A stretch of 64,000 nucleotides of DNA. Source: Octopus vulgaris. Its lineage: Eukaryota. A model generated the notes under the pieces. It searched no databases. It was not told the DNA's origin and saw only the letters and a program-made list of their open reading frames with translations. The translations under genes and the position numbers were made by a program. Every line of letters starts with the position of its first letter. The first letter of the stretch is position 1. The stretch lies in NCBI GenBank assembly GCA_951406725.2, contig OX597816.1:114452001-114516000 (forward strand), in the 5' to 3' direction. Positions 26,560 through 40,638 of this stretch are shown here, one piece after another.

Positions 26560-26800
26560 CCATTCTCCATCACTTTAGTGACGACTATATCTGTTGCCTT
26601 TTGGTTGTAAATTGTGAATTTATAACTATCAAGATTAATCAGCTGAAATTGTGAGGATGATCCGGTTCTTGACTGAGGATAAAAAGCTTCAAATGACCCA
26701 TCCTTGTTTTTTTGTATCATCTATATGGATGTTTTGTTGTCCCTTTTTGTATCACCTAGTTGTCCAGATGTTTTGCATTCTTGTCCCATTTTGTATTTTA
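26560..26800 (+). repeat. Unclassified repeat ending in (TA)n; partial second copy at 30231-30272
   Basis: tcatctat.tggatgttttgttg.ccctt..ttgtat.acc is shared by both sites. Confidence 0.55.
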
Positions 26801-27522
26801 TATATATATATATATAAATATATATACACACACACTGTTACATATACACACACTCACACACTGTTACATATATATATTATATGTATATACACATACACAC
26901 TGTTATATATATATATCATAATCAATATTGTTTTGATGTCTACATTTCAAACCTTGCACGGATCAGACAGAATTCACTGAAGCAGATTTTCTATGGCTGG
27001 ATGCCCTTTCTACTGGTAACCATCATTTGTTTTCAAGCAAGGTAATATTTATCCATGCCCAGACATGATTTTTCATGGAAGATTGGAAATGAACAACATT
27101 GCTTGTATGATGGTGACACCTGTTTACAACCATCGCACAATGTCAAGATAAGAGGGGATACATGCATTTTCATACACACACATATATATATATGTATATA
27201 TATAAATCTTTCTCTTTCTTAATTTATTACTATTCCTGCTCTCTATTGTAGTATTCACCCTTAGCACCCAACATGTCTTAATCCTCTATCTACTTCTGTA
27301 TTAGTATTTCGTATATTGTTCTATATATTTTGCAGTCTATAGTGAATGAAGCGTCAAGTGACTGATGACTATAATTCTTTCTCTTGCTTTCTTATTTCTC
27401 TCTCCCCCACCTCACTCACTAACTTCAACTTCCACTCAATCCATCTACCATGACAGAGGAACTCAATAAACTAAAGAACCAAAACATACAAAAAGATCAA
27501 GAATTTCTTTATATTACTCATG

Positions 27523-27567
<45 letters not shown>

Positions 27568-27907
27568 TTCATATCACATATACATATGCATATTATGTCT
27601 GTCTAGTTATTTGTCTATCTGTCTGTCTACTTACCACTTTCTGTATATGTAATACAGTATACTGATAAATATTATTTATATTATGTATATATCTAATATA
27701 AAACTTTAAGCTGCACACATATATATGAAACAGGTGAAGTATCCGGGCTTAGAAAATCTGGCACATATATATATATATAGATTTAGTTACAATGCATTTT
27801 GTGTGTGTGTAGGTGTATATATATGTGTGTAAATATATATATCTTTGTATATTGATATATATATGTATCTGTATATATATATCTTTGTATATTGATATAT
27901 ATATGTA

Positions 27908-27957
<50 letters not shown>

Positions 27958-28290
27958 CATCTGGGTATTAACCTCTTAATGTGCATTTCAAAGCTCCTAT
28001 TGGCTACCATAAGCCATCATACTACAGGATTACTCTTTTACTGGAAATACATGTGGAAATCTGTTAGTGTACGCAAAATCCATATAAAAATTCATAAAAC
28101 CAGAAGATGGAGTGAACGGGCTTTAATCAGAAATCACAATCAGTTGCTGAGTTTTCTATATCATATAATCATATAAATATTATGTAAGTAGATATGCTCC
28201 AGCTGTTGTTGTGTGCCTGCACATCATCAGGTAAGTGGCTTTAAGAGCACTGCGGCACACAGCTACTGTTGGATCATAAGTATAATATTT

Positions 28291-28452
28291 AGACGTAGGA
28301 GTGGCTGTGTGGTAAGAAGCTTTTCCCCCAACCACATGGTTCTGTGTTCAGTCCCACTGTGTGAGACCTTGGGCAACTGTCTTCTACTATAGCCTTGGGC
28401 TGACCAAAGCTTTGTGAGTGGATTTGGTAGACAGAAACTGAAAGAAGCCTGT

Positions 28453-28485
<33 letters not shown>

Positions 28486-28704
28486 ATATGTATGCATTTG
28501 TGTGTTTGTCCTCCCCACCATCACTTGACAACCAATGTTGGTGTGTTTACATTTCTGTAACTTAGCAGTTCGGCAAAAAGAGGCCGATAGAATAAGTTCT
28601 AGGCTTACAAAGAATAAGTCCAGGCGGGTCGATTTGCTCAACTAAAGGCAGTGCTCCAGCATGGCCGCAGTCAAATGACTGAAACAAATGAACAAATAAA
28701 AGAA
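28291..28704 (+). mobile_element. Full-length OK-like SINE, CpG-decayed
   Basis: Collinear with 44608-45005; ccttgggctgacc versus cctcgggccgacc. Confidence 0.93.
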
Positions 28705-28929
28705 TACTATGATATGGAAAACACAGCCACTAACAGCTGCTACCAAGGCACAAAACAAATGTTGTGATTAAAGCCTGTCAATTCCATCTTCTTGTTTTGT
28801 AAATTTATATATTTCATGGCAGTGGCATTTGGTGGTTGTTGTATTGGGTGTCACACCACACCCCAATGCCACCAAATTTCAAGCAGGAGTATAACAAAAG
28901 TTTTCCATTAAGATTTGCGATTAAATTAA

Positions 28930-29150
28930 CCCTTTTGTTACCTTATTTCTGTTGAGATGCTCTGTGTTTCTTTCAATTAATTTTAAATATAACAAAGAAT
29001 TAGTAAAATAATTTAGTTTATCATTAAGCTAGCATTAGGAACATAAATTGTGACTAAGGTTTGGTGGAAGATTTTGATTCAGAACTTGAAAACAAGACAT
29101 TTGTACTACAGAGTCAGAGGCGGTCTCAGGTGGGTTGGTATAAAATAAGA
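28930..29150. mobile_element. piggyBac-like MITE
   Basis: Begins ttaa|cccttttgttacc; homologous along its length to 32943-33164; right end eroded. Confidence 0.65.
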
Positions 29151-29648
29151 TTAGCATCTATAAAGAATTTGCCATTTTCATTGCAAGTGCAGCATACACC
29201 TGGAATATACGCCACTGTTTCATAGGTGCAGGTATGGTTGCGTAGTAAGAAGTTTGATTCCAAAAGACATGGTTCTGAGTTCATAAACTACTATGCAATA
29301 ACACTGGGAAATTGTCATCAACTCTAGCCCAGGGTAGGTAGTAGCTTTTTGAGTTGATTTAGTAGACAAAAACTGAAAGAAACCACGGTGTATGTGTGTG
29401 TGTGCAGCCATGCCAGTGGCATGTAAAAAAAGCACCCATTATATTCTTAAAGTGGTTGGCACTAGAAAGGGCATCCTGTTATAGAAACCATGCCAAATCA
29501 GATTGCAACTCAGTGCAGCTCTCCAGCTAACCAGTTCCAGTCAAACCTTCCAACCCATGCCAACATGGAAAAAAGACACTGAACAATGATGATGATAGTG
29601 ATGATGATATATGTGTGTCTGTGTGCTGATGGGTTACTCTGCTGTTGC

Positions 29649-29875
29649 GGCGAGCTGGCAGAAACGTTAGCACGCTGGGTGAAATGCTTAGCGGTATTTC
29701 GTCTGCGTTACGTTGTGAGTTCAAATTCCGCCGAGGTCGACTTTGCCTTTCATCCTTTCGGGGTCGATAAATTAAGTACCAGTTACGCACTGGGGTCGAT
29801 GTAATCGACTTAATACCTATGTCTGTCCTTGTTTGTCCCCTCTGTGTTTAGCCCCTTGTGGGTAATAAAGAAATA
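29649..29875 (+). mobile_element. Young SINE insertion with a 17-bp TSD
   Basis: ggttactctgctgttgc at 29632-29648 and 29876-29892; CpGs largely intact. Confidence 0.95.
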
Positions 29876-30178
29876 GGTTACTCTGCTGTTGCTTTGACAT
29901 GGCATGTCAAGTATTAATGAGTGTTACCATAATGTGTGTGATATTCATTTCCAATATTCTGCGAAAATGTGTCTAGTCATGGTGAAATATTACCTTCCTT
30001 AGGGTTGTTGCCAGGAATGGACTGCCTGGTCATAGTATATCCAACCCATGTAAGCATGGAAAAGTGAAAGTAAAAATTACGATGATGATATTTGTGGATA
30101 TATATACATATAGATATATATACACACATACATACAAATATCAATATTATCACTATTATTATTTTAACCATATCATCT

Positions 30179-30230
<52 letters not shown>

Positions 30231-30639
30231 CGTCATCTATCTGGATGTTTTGTTGACCCTTTCTTGTATTACCTTGAAGGGTTTAAGTTGAACAAATCAA
30301 CCCCAGTAATCATCTTAAGTTTGCTACTTATTCTATAGGTCTCTTTTGTTGAACCAGTAAGTTATGGGGAAGTAAACAAACACCAACTGCCTGTGGGAGA
30401 TAAATACAATAGAGACACAAAGACACACACAAACACACACACACACACACACAACAAGCTTCTTTTGGTTTCTGTCTACTAAATCTACTCACAAGGCTTA
30501 GATTGGTCTGGGAGTATAGTAGAAGAGTTACCCAAAACTATGTGGTGAGGAAGCAAGCTTCTTATCTCACAGCCATATATGATAAGATGTCTCATATTAA
30601 TGATGTTAATACCTTCATTGGTGTATAAGATCTATGTGA

Positions 30640-31400
30640 ATTCTTGCAAATGACACTTAGCATATTGAGGTCGTCGACAGGGTGGGAGACAGGACATACT
30701 GTCAATTGGATGTACTCCCTATTATTGAATGTACATAAAAATACTATGCAACAAAACAAGGATCAATTTGAACTAATTCACTTTGGAAAAGAGTTTGCAT
30801 TTAAGCTACTCTTCTACTGGATGTAACCTTCATAGCATTCAACATTGTCACTAACTTCTTAAACAGGAATGCCCACATAAACAGCAAAGTTGCTATTGCC
30901 AGCAGAATGTGCTCTTGGATGTTTAGAACTTTCTGGTCTAGGGATGTTCCTACCATTATCCTTCTCTTCACTATCTTTGCCTGTCCTCACCTTGAAGACT
31001 GTTTGATGTGATTTCTTTATCCGAACCACCCTGGAAGATGAATCACAAAAAAGTAGATGACATGACAAAACTTGATTACTGGGATCAGCTTAAGAAGCTC
31101 AAATTCTATTCCCTCCAATGCTACCATGAAGGCCATATCATTTGTATAATGTAGAAAATATTCACATTGTGCAAATGATGTTAGCATCAGCTTTAAAATT
31201 CCCCCAATGCTTGATTCCCATGCCATCTGTGCTCTACAAAAATCATGCTCACATCACAACACTTTGACAGAAGTATTTTACCTCAACTGGCTTTGATCTC
31301 TTTAACATCATGCCAAGACATGTAAGGGCAGAAAAAATACCATAACATTCAAATGCTCCCGCAACAAATTCTTCCAACAAAGCCCAGATAAACTAACTAC
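30640..31400 (+). mobile_element. Decayed LINE RT C-terminal fragment (CR1/L2 group)
   Basis: ANDT (FADDT)..KNTMQQNKDQFELIHFGK..NAHINSKVAIASRMCSWMFRTFWSRDVPTIILLFTIFACPHLEDC..ITKKVDDMTKLDYWDQLKKLKFYSLQ (canonical SYWERLK.L.LYSLERRR). Confidence 0.88.
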
Positions 31401-31574
31401 ACTTGGATATATCTGCAAACAATAAGATGAAAAATGTCTTTTCCAGATGGTGGTATTAAATTAGTCATGGCCTGGGCCTATATTGGCTGCAAACTGTCTA
31501 AATAAATATTTGCCACATTTGTTCCAACTCACTGCACATTGAGTTCAAATCCAAGAAAAATCAACATTGCCTTC

Positions 31575-31790
31575 TGAGTTAGCAAGAAGATAAGGCAAAA
31601 ATGGTTGTGGCTATCTGGTCACTGCATGGTGATGCAAGAAGAGGAAAATGTCACACTTACATCGACAACTCGATTGCAGACACTGGCCTGGAATGTATCC
31701 AGGATCTCAATGCAGTGATGATGGACCAAGAAGTGTGGTGGGCAGATTTTGTTGCTGAGGCCAGAGCTGGAACCCATCCATAATAATAAC
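31575..31790 (+). mobile_element. RTE-type LINE 3' terminal fragment
   Basis: VSKKIRQKWLWLSGHC..HGDARRGKCHTYIDNSIADTGLECIQDLNAVMMDQEVW..ARAG, then (TAA)n; matches the RTE C-terminal pattern IR.RRLR.AGH..RGR..TYID.L..DTG..M.DR..W. Confidence 0.8.
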
Positions 31791-32942
31791 AAAAACTGAT
31801 TATGAAACAGCTGTAAACTAATGGAATAAATATATATATATGTGCCATGCAGTTGGATTGATTTTAAAACCAAGTTGTTAGGAAGTGAACTTCTTAATTA
31901 CACTTGTAATTATATATACATATATAAATTATGGTTGCATATATGTATATAATACATTCATATCTACATGGTTATAAATTTTGCTTCCAAATCACACACT
32001 ATCAGGTTCAGTTCCAATGCATGGCACCTGAGCAAGCCTCTTCTCCTAAAACCTCAGATCAAGAAAAGGTTTGTGAGTGGATTTGTTGGGTGGAAGCTAA
32101 AAGAACCTCATTGTGTATGTGTGTGTGTGTGTGTGTGTATGTGTGTGTTTGTATTTTCTTGTCTTCACATGGTACAATATTTGTAAATGAGTGTCACTGC
32201 ATAAGTCGTGCCATTCATTTCCACTCCTTCATGAAACTACATCTGGTCATGAGGAAATCATCACCTTGCTTCTGAACACGTATTGGTTGGTGGCAGTTAA
32301 GAGAATTAGGCTGTTGAAAAATCTACTTCAACAAAATTCCATTTCACCTATGCAAGTATGGGAAAGCAAACGTTAAAATGATGATGATGACGTTGATGAT
32401 GGTGGCAATGATTATGATTACCTAGCACCTTGTATGCTTTTAGCAGAGTCTACTTTCCTACTACAAGCATTTGGGATAGTTTTCTAATTTGAAGTGAACT
32501 TCCTCCCTCTCACCAGAGTCATGGGTAATATCCTTCTTCATGACTAAAGGATAAAAGAAACAAAAATAAGAAAAAAAAAATAAACAATATAATTCCATTA
32601 CATGTATGAGGGAACTGCCACAACTAGAAAGCTTTTCATTATAGTCTTCTTTCACCATGACTGATTAGGTAATACACAGTAATAACAGGTTTATTTTGAA
32701 GCAACAAGAAAGGGCCTCTTTACATGTGTAAAACCTGCTAGATATAGCAGTCAAGTTTCCCTAACTTTCTTCAATTGAAAAGGACACAATGGAAAATATA
32801 GCCGTATATCTACAGACGTGTGTGTTATATGTTATTCTCTTGAGTAAGATACCTCCTCTCACATTGCATTAGTCTCCTCAGCTGAAAGTCTGTGACAGTA
32901 GCAGCAGTAGTTTAAACCTTTGGCAGACTGGCGACCCATTAA

Positions 32943-33164
32943 TCCCTTTGTTACTATATTTCTTCAGAAATATGTAGTTTTCATTTTAATTTATTTTGAA
33001 AATTATGAAGAATTTAGTGAATTAATTTTGTCGTTATTAATCTAGTATTTGAAACATAAATTAGCATGAAATTTTGATAGCAACTTTTTATTTAGATTCC
33101 TTTAAAACAGGAAATTTGTATCATAGGACCAGGGGTACTCTCAGGCAGGTTGGTATCAAAGGGG
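32943..33164. mobile_element. piggyBac-like MITE
   Basis: TIRs ccctttgttac and gtatcaaaggg, preceded by ttaa; homologous to 28930-29150. Confidence 0.7.
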
Positions 33165-34249
33165 TACTTACATTCTCTGGAAAACCTTGGTAGAAGCTTC
33201 AGTTTAATGAGCACATGGGGCTCAATAGAAACTATGACTTTTTTGTCATATATGTTCCTTCTACTTACACACAAACACATACACTATTGATCCAGGAAAA
33301 TATATTAAATTTTCAGAAAACAGTAACAACAGTTTCCAATTAGAAATTTTCTCAAAATTACTTTCAAAATTATTTTAGACATTCATCAAGTTAAAAATTA
33401 GTAGGATGCGAGTGTTTCAAATTTAGATCCCAAAATGGTAGCTGCCCCTTTCTGCCACTGAAAATTTAATATATATTTTTCTGAATCAATAAAAATTCTC
33501 CCCTTGTACAAGAACACTCTTTAATTTTTAGCATCTTGATGTATGATATATCTGTCTGTCTGAATGTATGTATGTATGTATGCAAGTACAGGTGATATCC
33601 ATCAAATTTTCAGCTTACGGAGAACATTTTGGGGAGCAGATGAAGAACATCTGAAGTAATTTAGTAATCAGTTCTTGATCTGCATATGTACATCATCATC
33701 AACATCTTTGTTTTAATGTCTATTTTTTCCATGTTTAACATGGGTCACACAGAATTCATTGAGACAGATACTCTCTGGTTGAATGCCCATCCCGTCACCA
33801 ACCCTCATCTGTTATCAAGCAAGGTAAATATTTTCCCATTGACGGACATGTTTCTATGTAACCCTAAACACAAATGACATCACTTGTATAATAGTAACAC
33901 TCATTTACAGCCCTCATGTGGTGTCAATTCATGGAGACACAAACACGCCTTTCAATACACACACTCATACATTCACACCATGCAGTTGGACTGATTTTGA
34001 AACCATGTGGTTAGGAAGCAAACTTCTTAATCCCACACATAAATTATATACATGCATATATATACACACACACATACACAATATATTACCCCTACCTAAT
34101 ACACTGTACATATATCCATTATTCATTCATTCATTTCTTCATTTTACATCTGTTTTACCCTATTAGCATGAAATACATGAGTGCAATATTACTGAAGCAT
34201 TGTCTTATAGTTCAATGCAATAACTAAGAGTAACCTTTAAGTATTTTTT

Positions 34250-34555
34250 AAATGGGAGACTTTGCAATCTATTCATCTTCAAAAGTATAAAGCTACCGAT
34301 CAATATGCTGACAGAATTATGCATTTGGTTCAGCACCTAAGTATTTGAAGGACCTTTTAAGTTTAGTTTCTGCACCTCTTGAATCACAGAATCGCAGATC
34401 TGATTTCACAATTGTCTCCAGCCCATTCTACAACAAACTCATATGGTTGGGCTTCTGCATTCATCACCTCATGCTTTGGAATTCATTATCAACCAATATA
34501 AAAGTGTTTTCTAATAAATAATAAGAGGTATTTTAAATAACACACTTATTTTCAT
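34250..34555 (+). mobile_element. L2-like LINE 3' fragment
   Basis: GSAPKYLKDLLSLVSAP..RRS..GFCIHHLMLWNSLSTNIK matches the G.AP.YL.DLL..LRS..AF...AP.LWNSLP..I motif. Confidence 0.7.
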
Positions 34556-34831
34556 TATAACGTAAGACAAAATCATTAATTACAACAAGAATTCTTATGG
34601 TTTTTGGTGTAGTTCTTATACATATACACTACATGTGTTTTTGTATGGAATTGTATCCAAATTTCATTTAGAAAAATAATAAACAACACTGTTTTGTAGC
34701 TCAGCACTCTTTTTCATGTAAAGCATATAATTTAAATATTTATACCCCACACTCATACATATACAATGGGCTTCTGCTTACCAAATTCACTCACAAAGCA
34801 AAAGCATTGTTTATCATTACAATATGTATAT

Positions 34832-35046
34832 AAGGTGATGAGCTGGCAGAATTGTTAGCGTGCTGGGCAAAATGCTTAGTGATATTTCATCTGTCTTTAG
34901 ATTCTGAGTTCAAATTCCACTGAGATTGATTTTTGTCTTTCATCCTTTTGGGGTCGCAAAAATATGTACTAGTTAAGTACTAAGGTCAATATAATTGACT
35001 AACTCTCTCCTGCCAAATTTCAGGCTTTGTGTCTAGAGAAGAAAGC

Positions 35047-35048
<2 letters not shown>
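34832..35048 (+). mobile_element. ~215-bp SINE, CpG-decayed
   Basis: aaggtgatgagctggcagaattgttagc... versus aaggcggcgagctggcagaatcgttagc in other copies. Confidence 0.9.
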
Positions 35049-35105
<57 letters not shown>

Positions 35106-35753
35106 CATACACACATACATTATATAATGTACATACATATGTTACATAATAGATCTTACATACATACACTGCTTAGACAAAAATTCACCATCTCTGATAT
35201 GGGAACAAGTAAATAAAACACCCATGGCTGCCTGGCTGATTAAAAATCTAGCATATGCAAATGAGGCAGTGTTTGATTGAAATAGCCATTTATGTATCAT
35301 ACTCAATGCATACACACTGATGATAGACAGGTTACTGCAGTATTTGTTCTGAGATAATATTTAAGAATTTTTGTGCTTAAAAAGCCAAGAAAATTCAGCA
35401 AGAGATGAAAATTCTTCCCAGCCGTGGCCAGTGAATTCACATGGTGCATTTTGACCAGTTTGGGCCTTTAGAATAGTGTGTAGTCTTAGGGATGTGTAGC
35501 AGAGAATTTGTTGTTTCAGATATAGGGAAAAGTTAATAAAAATATTCATTTATATTTATATATAGCTATATACATACTTATGTCTGCGATTATAAATATA
35601 TATATGTATATACAGACAAATATATCCACAAACATATATGTATATACACATAAATTCACACAAATATATCTGTCTCACTCATGCCAACATGGAAGGCAGA
35701 CGTTAAACAATGATGATGATGATACGCACATATATATAACATATGTGTGTGTA

Positions 35754-35826
<73 letters not shown>

Positions 35827-35828
35827 GT

Positions 35829-36170
35829 GGAAGTGCAATAGACCAGCGGAGTCGTGGTTGTAGGATAGCGGTTTCAATTCCCAGACCAGGTATTGTGAGT
35901 GTTTATTGAGTTAAAACACCTAAAGTTTTACGAGTCTCCAGCAGGGGGTGTATTCTTTCACCACAACTTTCTTCCTGTTTCTGTAGTACCTGTATTTCAA
36001 AGGGCCAGCCTTGTGCCATGCTGTGTCATGCTGAATCTCCCTGGGAACTACGTTAAGGGTACACATGTCTGAGGAGTGCTCAGCCACTTGCGCATTAATT
36101 TCACAAGCAGGCTGTTCTGTTGATTGGATCAAATGGAACCCTTGTCGTCGTAACCGACGGAGTGCCACGA
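35829..36170 (+). mobile_element. OR1-like SINE
   Basis: Collinear with 7376-7747, reversed. Confidence 0.88.
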
Positions 36171-36327
36171 TATATATATGCATGCGTATCATCATCATCA
36201 TCATCATTTAACGTCAGCCATGCATGCTGGCATGGGTGGAACATATATATTTGTGTGACTGTATATATATGTATATGGATATATATATATGTTTGTGGAT
36301 ATATTTGTCTGTGTATATACATATATA

Positions 36328-36369
<42 letters not shown>

Positions 36370-36370
<1 letters not shown>

Positions 36371-36590
36371 ATATATAATATATACATATATTTATGTTTA
36401 TATAATATGTACATATATATATATGTTTATATAATATATACATATATATATGTTTATATAATATATACATATATATATGTTTATATAATATATACATATA
36501 TATATGTTTATATAATATAAACATATGTTTATATAATATATACATATATATGTTTATATAATATATACATATATATATGTTTATATATAT
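36370..36590. repeat. ~27-bp AT-rich minisatellite (tatataatatatacatatatatatgtt), about 8 copies
   Basis: Direct reading. Confidence 0.9.
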
Positions 36591-37593
36591 ATATATATGG
36601 ATATATATATATATATATGTTTGTGGATATATTTGTCTGTGTATATACATATATATGTGCATATATACATATATATATGTATGTATATATATATACACAC
36701 ATATACATAGATATATATATATACATATCTATATATACATATGTATATATTCATATATACAAGTATAGATGTATATATATGTTTGTGAATATATTGTCTG
36801 TGTATATACATATATATATATACACACACACACACACATATATATATACATACACGCACACTCAAAAGCATATATATATATTAATACATATATACACAGA
36901 TATACAAATATATTTAAACATACACACAGATGCATGCATGCATGCATGCATACATATGCATGTCTGTACACACAGGCAGAGTTCTGTCTCCCACCACTTT
37001 GATGCCTGAGGGTAAAGGTGCCACATAGCAATTTAGGACCTAAAAACATATGGTGACACAACAGAGGCTGTAGCCACACACCGACGCCTATTAGAGTTAT
37101 ATATATATAAAAAAAATCACTAACAAATTACACAGACAGAAGTGTTTGTCTGTGTGTTTCTTTTTCTCTTTTACTTCAGTCGCTGCACTATGGCCATGTG
37201 GGAGCAACACTTTCAAGTGTTTGGAGAATCAATTTGAATCTATTTAATTTTGAAGTCTGGTACTTTTTCTACGAGTGTTTTTTTTATATATCTATTATAT
37301 ATGGCATATATACACACATGTATGTAAATATGTATGGGTATATACACATACATATATATATAAATATACAAGCACAGACATATATATATATGTGTGTGTG
37401 TGTGTATATATAAATATAAATATATATATATATTACATTGCTTACATTTATGTACCTAAGTATATGTATATACATTTATTTGTTATACTGTTTATACACA
37501 CACACACACATATATATATACATATATGTACGCTTGTATATATCTATATACGTGTGTGTGTATGTATGTATGTATGTATATACAGACATACAT

Positions 37594-37648
<55 letters not shown>

Positions 37649-39272
37649 ATTTAGTATGTACCACTTAGTTTGTATATCGCCTCGGAGAGATTTTGAGTTT
37701 TAAAACCCTATGTCTAATTCAGAAATTACGAAATTACAGTTTCAATGATCAGGAAAATCTTGAATGTACAATACTGGTGAAATTTACGTACAAGAGATGG
37801 ACATTTTGTTACCGATAAATTTCGTTGATTCGTCCCAGCACAGCCCTAATCGAACAGAAGCTTCCATTTGGGACCATCGCGTTTTCTTTCAACCAGGGCA
37901 ATATGGTCTGGTGTAATTTCCTTTAAGACAGTTGGGCGCGAATTTTAGGGACAGAAGTCTGCTGTTTTTAACAGGTCCATTGATCATCTAATGGTTTACT
38001 TTTTAATTCATCTCATTTCTGGATGTAAAATAAACAGATTCAATGATCTTAAATGTAGCTGACCATAGACACCGGAAAAAAATGTCTTACGAATGAAGGT
38101 TCATTTATCCGTTTACTACTACTTCATGTGTGGGATGTGATATAAATGCTATGATCCCTTAAAAAGTTAAGGACCGAAAACAGTTATGTACTTGTAATGT
38201 CCAGAAATCGAAATCGCATCTATTAGGTGCTCCCTCCGTAATCAATATTGTGTGTGTATGTGTGTGCGTGCGGTATTTGATGTAAATAATAAAGTTTGAC
38301 CAAGTCAACAGAAATATTTTTCTGCTTCTAGGAAAACAATAACATGCGTGTGTGCGTATGCCGTAGTGTGTAGGTAACATGTGTAAATGATATCGATATT
38401 AGCTGTTAATGATCGAACATTACAATCGATTTTACATGACTCTTGAGACAGCACGCTAGACGCATAGACAAATTATGAAAGAAGCTAGACGGACAGAAAA
38501 ATAATACAATAAGATATGCAAACGATCTTGTAAGTTGATTCTTTGTTACGAATTTAGTTTAACACGTCAAGAGACGGGCAGTGGCGGTTAATACGCTGCC
38601 GACTGCGACGAAGCATACAGCGCTTAAGGTATTTTTAAGTGATAAATTAAAGGAAACAAAACAAAAAAAAAGGTAACCGAAAAAGAGACAATAAACAAAT
38701 AAAATGAATTTTTAAAAATAGATTTGAAATATATTCAAAACAAATGTAAAATATGAAAATTAAAATAAATCAATAGAGGCAAGATAAATAAAGAGCAGCA
38801 CGTGAAACCTAAGTTGTTATGAGGAAAAGGGAAATAGTAACTTTCGAACATGAATGGACAAATTACTGGAATCATAACAAAAGCAAAGACAACATTTTGT
38901 AAATGCTGTCGGATACTGTACAAACGTGGGTCCTACTTTCGATTTGTACATAATTAAATTATATTAATGACACTTGGACTTTCAAGGTTCCGGTGTTACA
39001 TTACCCAAGAGCGTTTACCTTTTGACAGAATCGGAGATAATATATAGAGGAGCCTGACTCTTCCCAGGTCTAACCACAGCTAATTTTTTCCAGAGAAAGA
39101 GTGTGTGTGTGTGTGTGTGTGTGTGTTGAATACTGACCCACGAAGGGTGAAAAACAAAGTTGAGTTCAGTGACATTAGAATTCAGATCGCAGAGGGTGAG
39201 AACGAATACCTCAAGGCATTTTACCGGACCCTCTAACGGTCCTGCATGCACATTCACATTCGCTCACACACG

Positions 39273-39309
<37 letters not shown>

Positions 39310-40185
39310 CGTGTGTGACAGACAAGCAAATCCTGTCCTTATAGGAGATTATTAACAAGATGGCAAGGCACGAAAAGGAGGAAAGGTAGTAGAAAAAAGG
39401 ATTTGTATGGTTAAACTATTTATGAATAAAAAGAACATAAAGATAAAATAAAGTATAAGCGCTCTCGTTTTTATTTTTTTTTCTATATTATTTTTGTTCG
39501 TCTCAGTTGACGAGAGGGATTAGATATCAAGTTGGAACTATTTTCACATATATAAAAACAGTCCTTAGGGTGAGCAAAAGGAGACAACCTCTAGAGGGTT
39601 GCTAGACCGGCTAGAAAAAGCAACCAAATCTCCCTCAAGCCATACGCCCTACGTAAAAGGATTCATTGAACAATGCAGTACCGGGGGAAAATAAATATAA
39701 CCGGATGGTATGATCTGTTGGGACGCAGATCTCTATGGATCAGGGCCAACTTTTGGAACTAAACAAGAGTGGTGGGTGAAACATAATTCACACAATTAAA
39801 TCATTAAATAAAATATATTTCTTTATTTGTCAGAGTTTCAAAGTTTACTGATTTCAAAAAGAGAATACAGTAAAATTGTATTTTGTTCAACTTATTTTCC
39901 CGTATTGGTTTTTAATATCTGCGTGAATGATGGAATGTGTTGAAATCGACTCGCATTTAACTTCACAATTTAAACAATAGATTCTTTTATTTCATTATAA
40001 CTTGCTGGATAGCTTAAACAATTCTCTTCGCAACGACCTTATTCTGGGTTCGATCCCGGAGTGCAGAAACTTGGGCACAATACTTAATGAGTGGAATTTG
40101 ATAGACAGAAACTCTACAGAAGACAAACACATACGTGTGTGTGTGTGTATTAATAATTAGCAGAAGCAACAGTGACTCAAGGACC

Positions 40186-40527
40186 GTATTTGTTTCGGTC
40201 ATTAGACTACGGTCATGCCGGGGCAACGCCTTGGAGTGTTTAGTCGAAGAAATTGACACCAGTCCTTATTCTTTTTTTAAACCTGGTACTTATTCTTTCG
40301 GTTTCTTTTTGCTGGACTGCTAAGTTACGGGAACGTAATCAAACCAACACCAGATATCAAGCGGTGGTGGAGGACACACAAACACACACACACAACGGAC
40401 TTAATTTTGTTTCCGTCTACTAAATCCACTCACGGGCTACAGTAGAAGACACTTGCCCAAGGTGCCACGCAGCGAGACTGAACCCGAAATTATGAGATTG
40501 GAAAGCAAACTTCTTACCACACAGCCA
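40186..40527 (-). mobile_element. OK-like SINE
   Basis: Reverse match to the family, with an internal deletion. Confidence 0.85.
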
Positions 40528-40582
40528 AGCTTCTCTCTTACTCTCTCCGTCTCTCTCTGTCTTATTCTCTTATGTGTGTGTG

Positions 40583-40638
<56 letters not shown>

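Noticed and set aside
26548-26643. Minus-strand exon candidate LINLDSYKFTIYNQKATDIVVTKVMENGSDH
   Set aside because: Overlaps a repeat with a partial second copy at 30231; weak donor.
26669-26700. Third hammerhead (ctgagga...cttcaaat)
   Set aside because: GAAA core and helices are incomplete.
28052-28120. Minus-strand exon PFTPSSGFMNFYMDFAYTNRFPHVFPVK and nearby plus-strand donor CAG|gtaagt at 28230
   Set aside because: Poor acceptors and no convincing compatible neighbouring exon.
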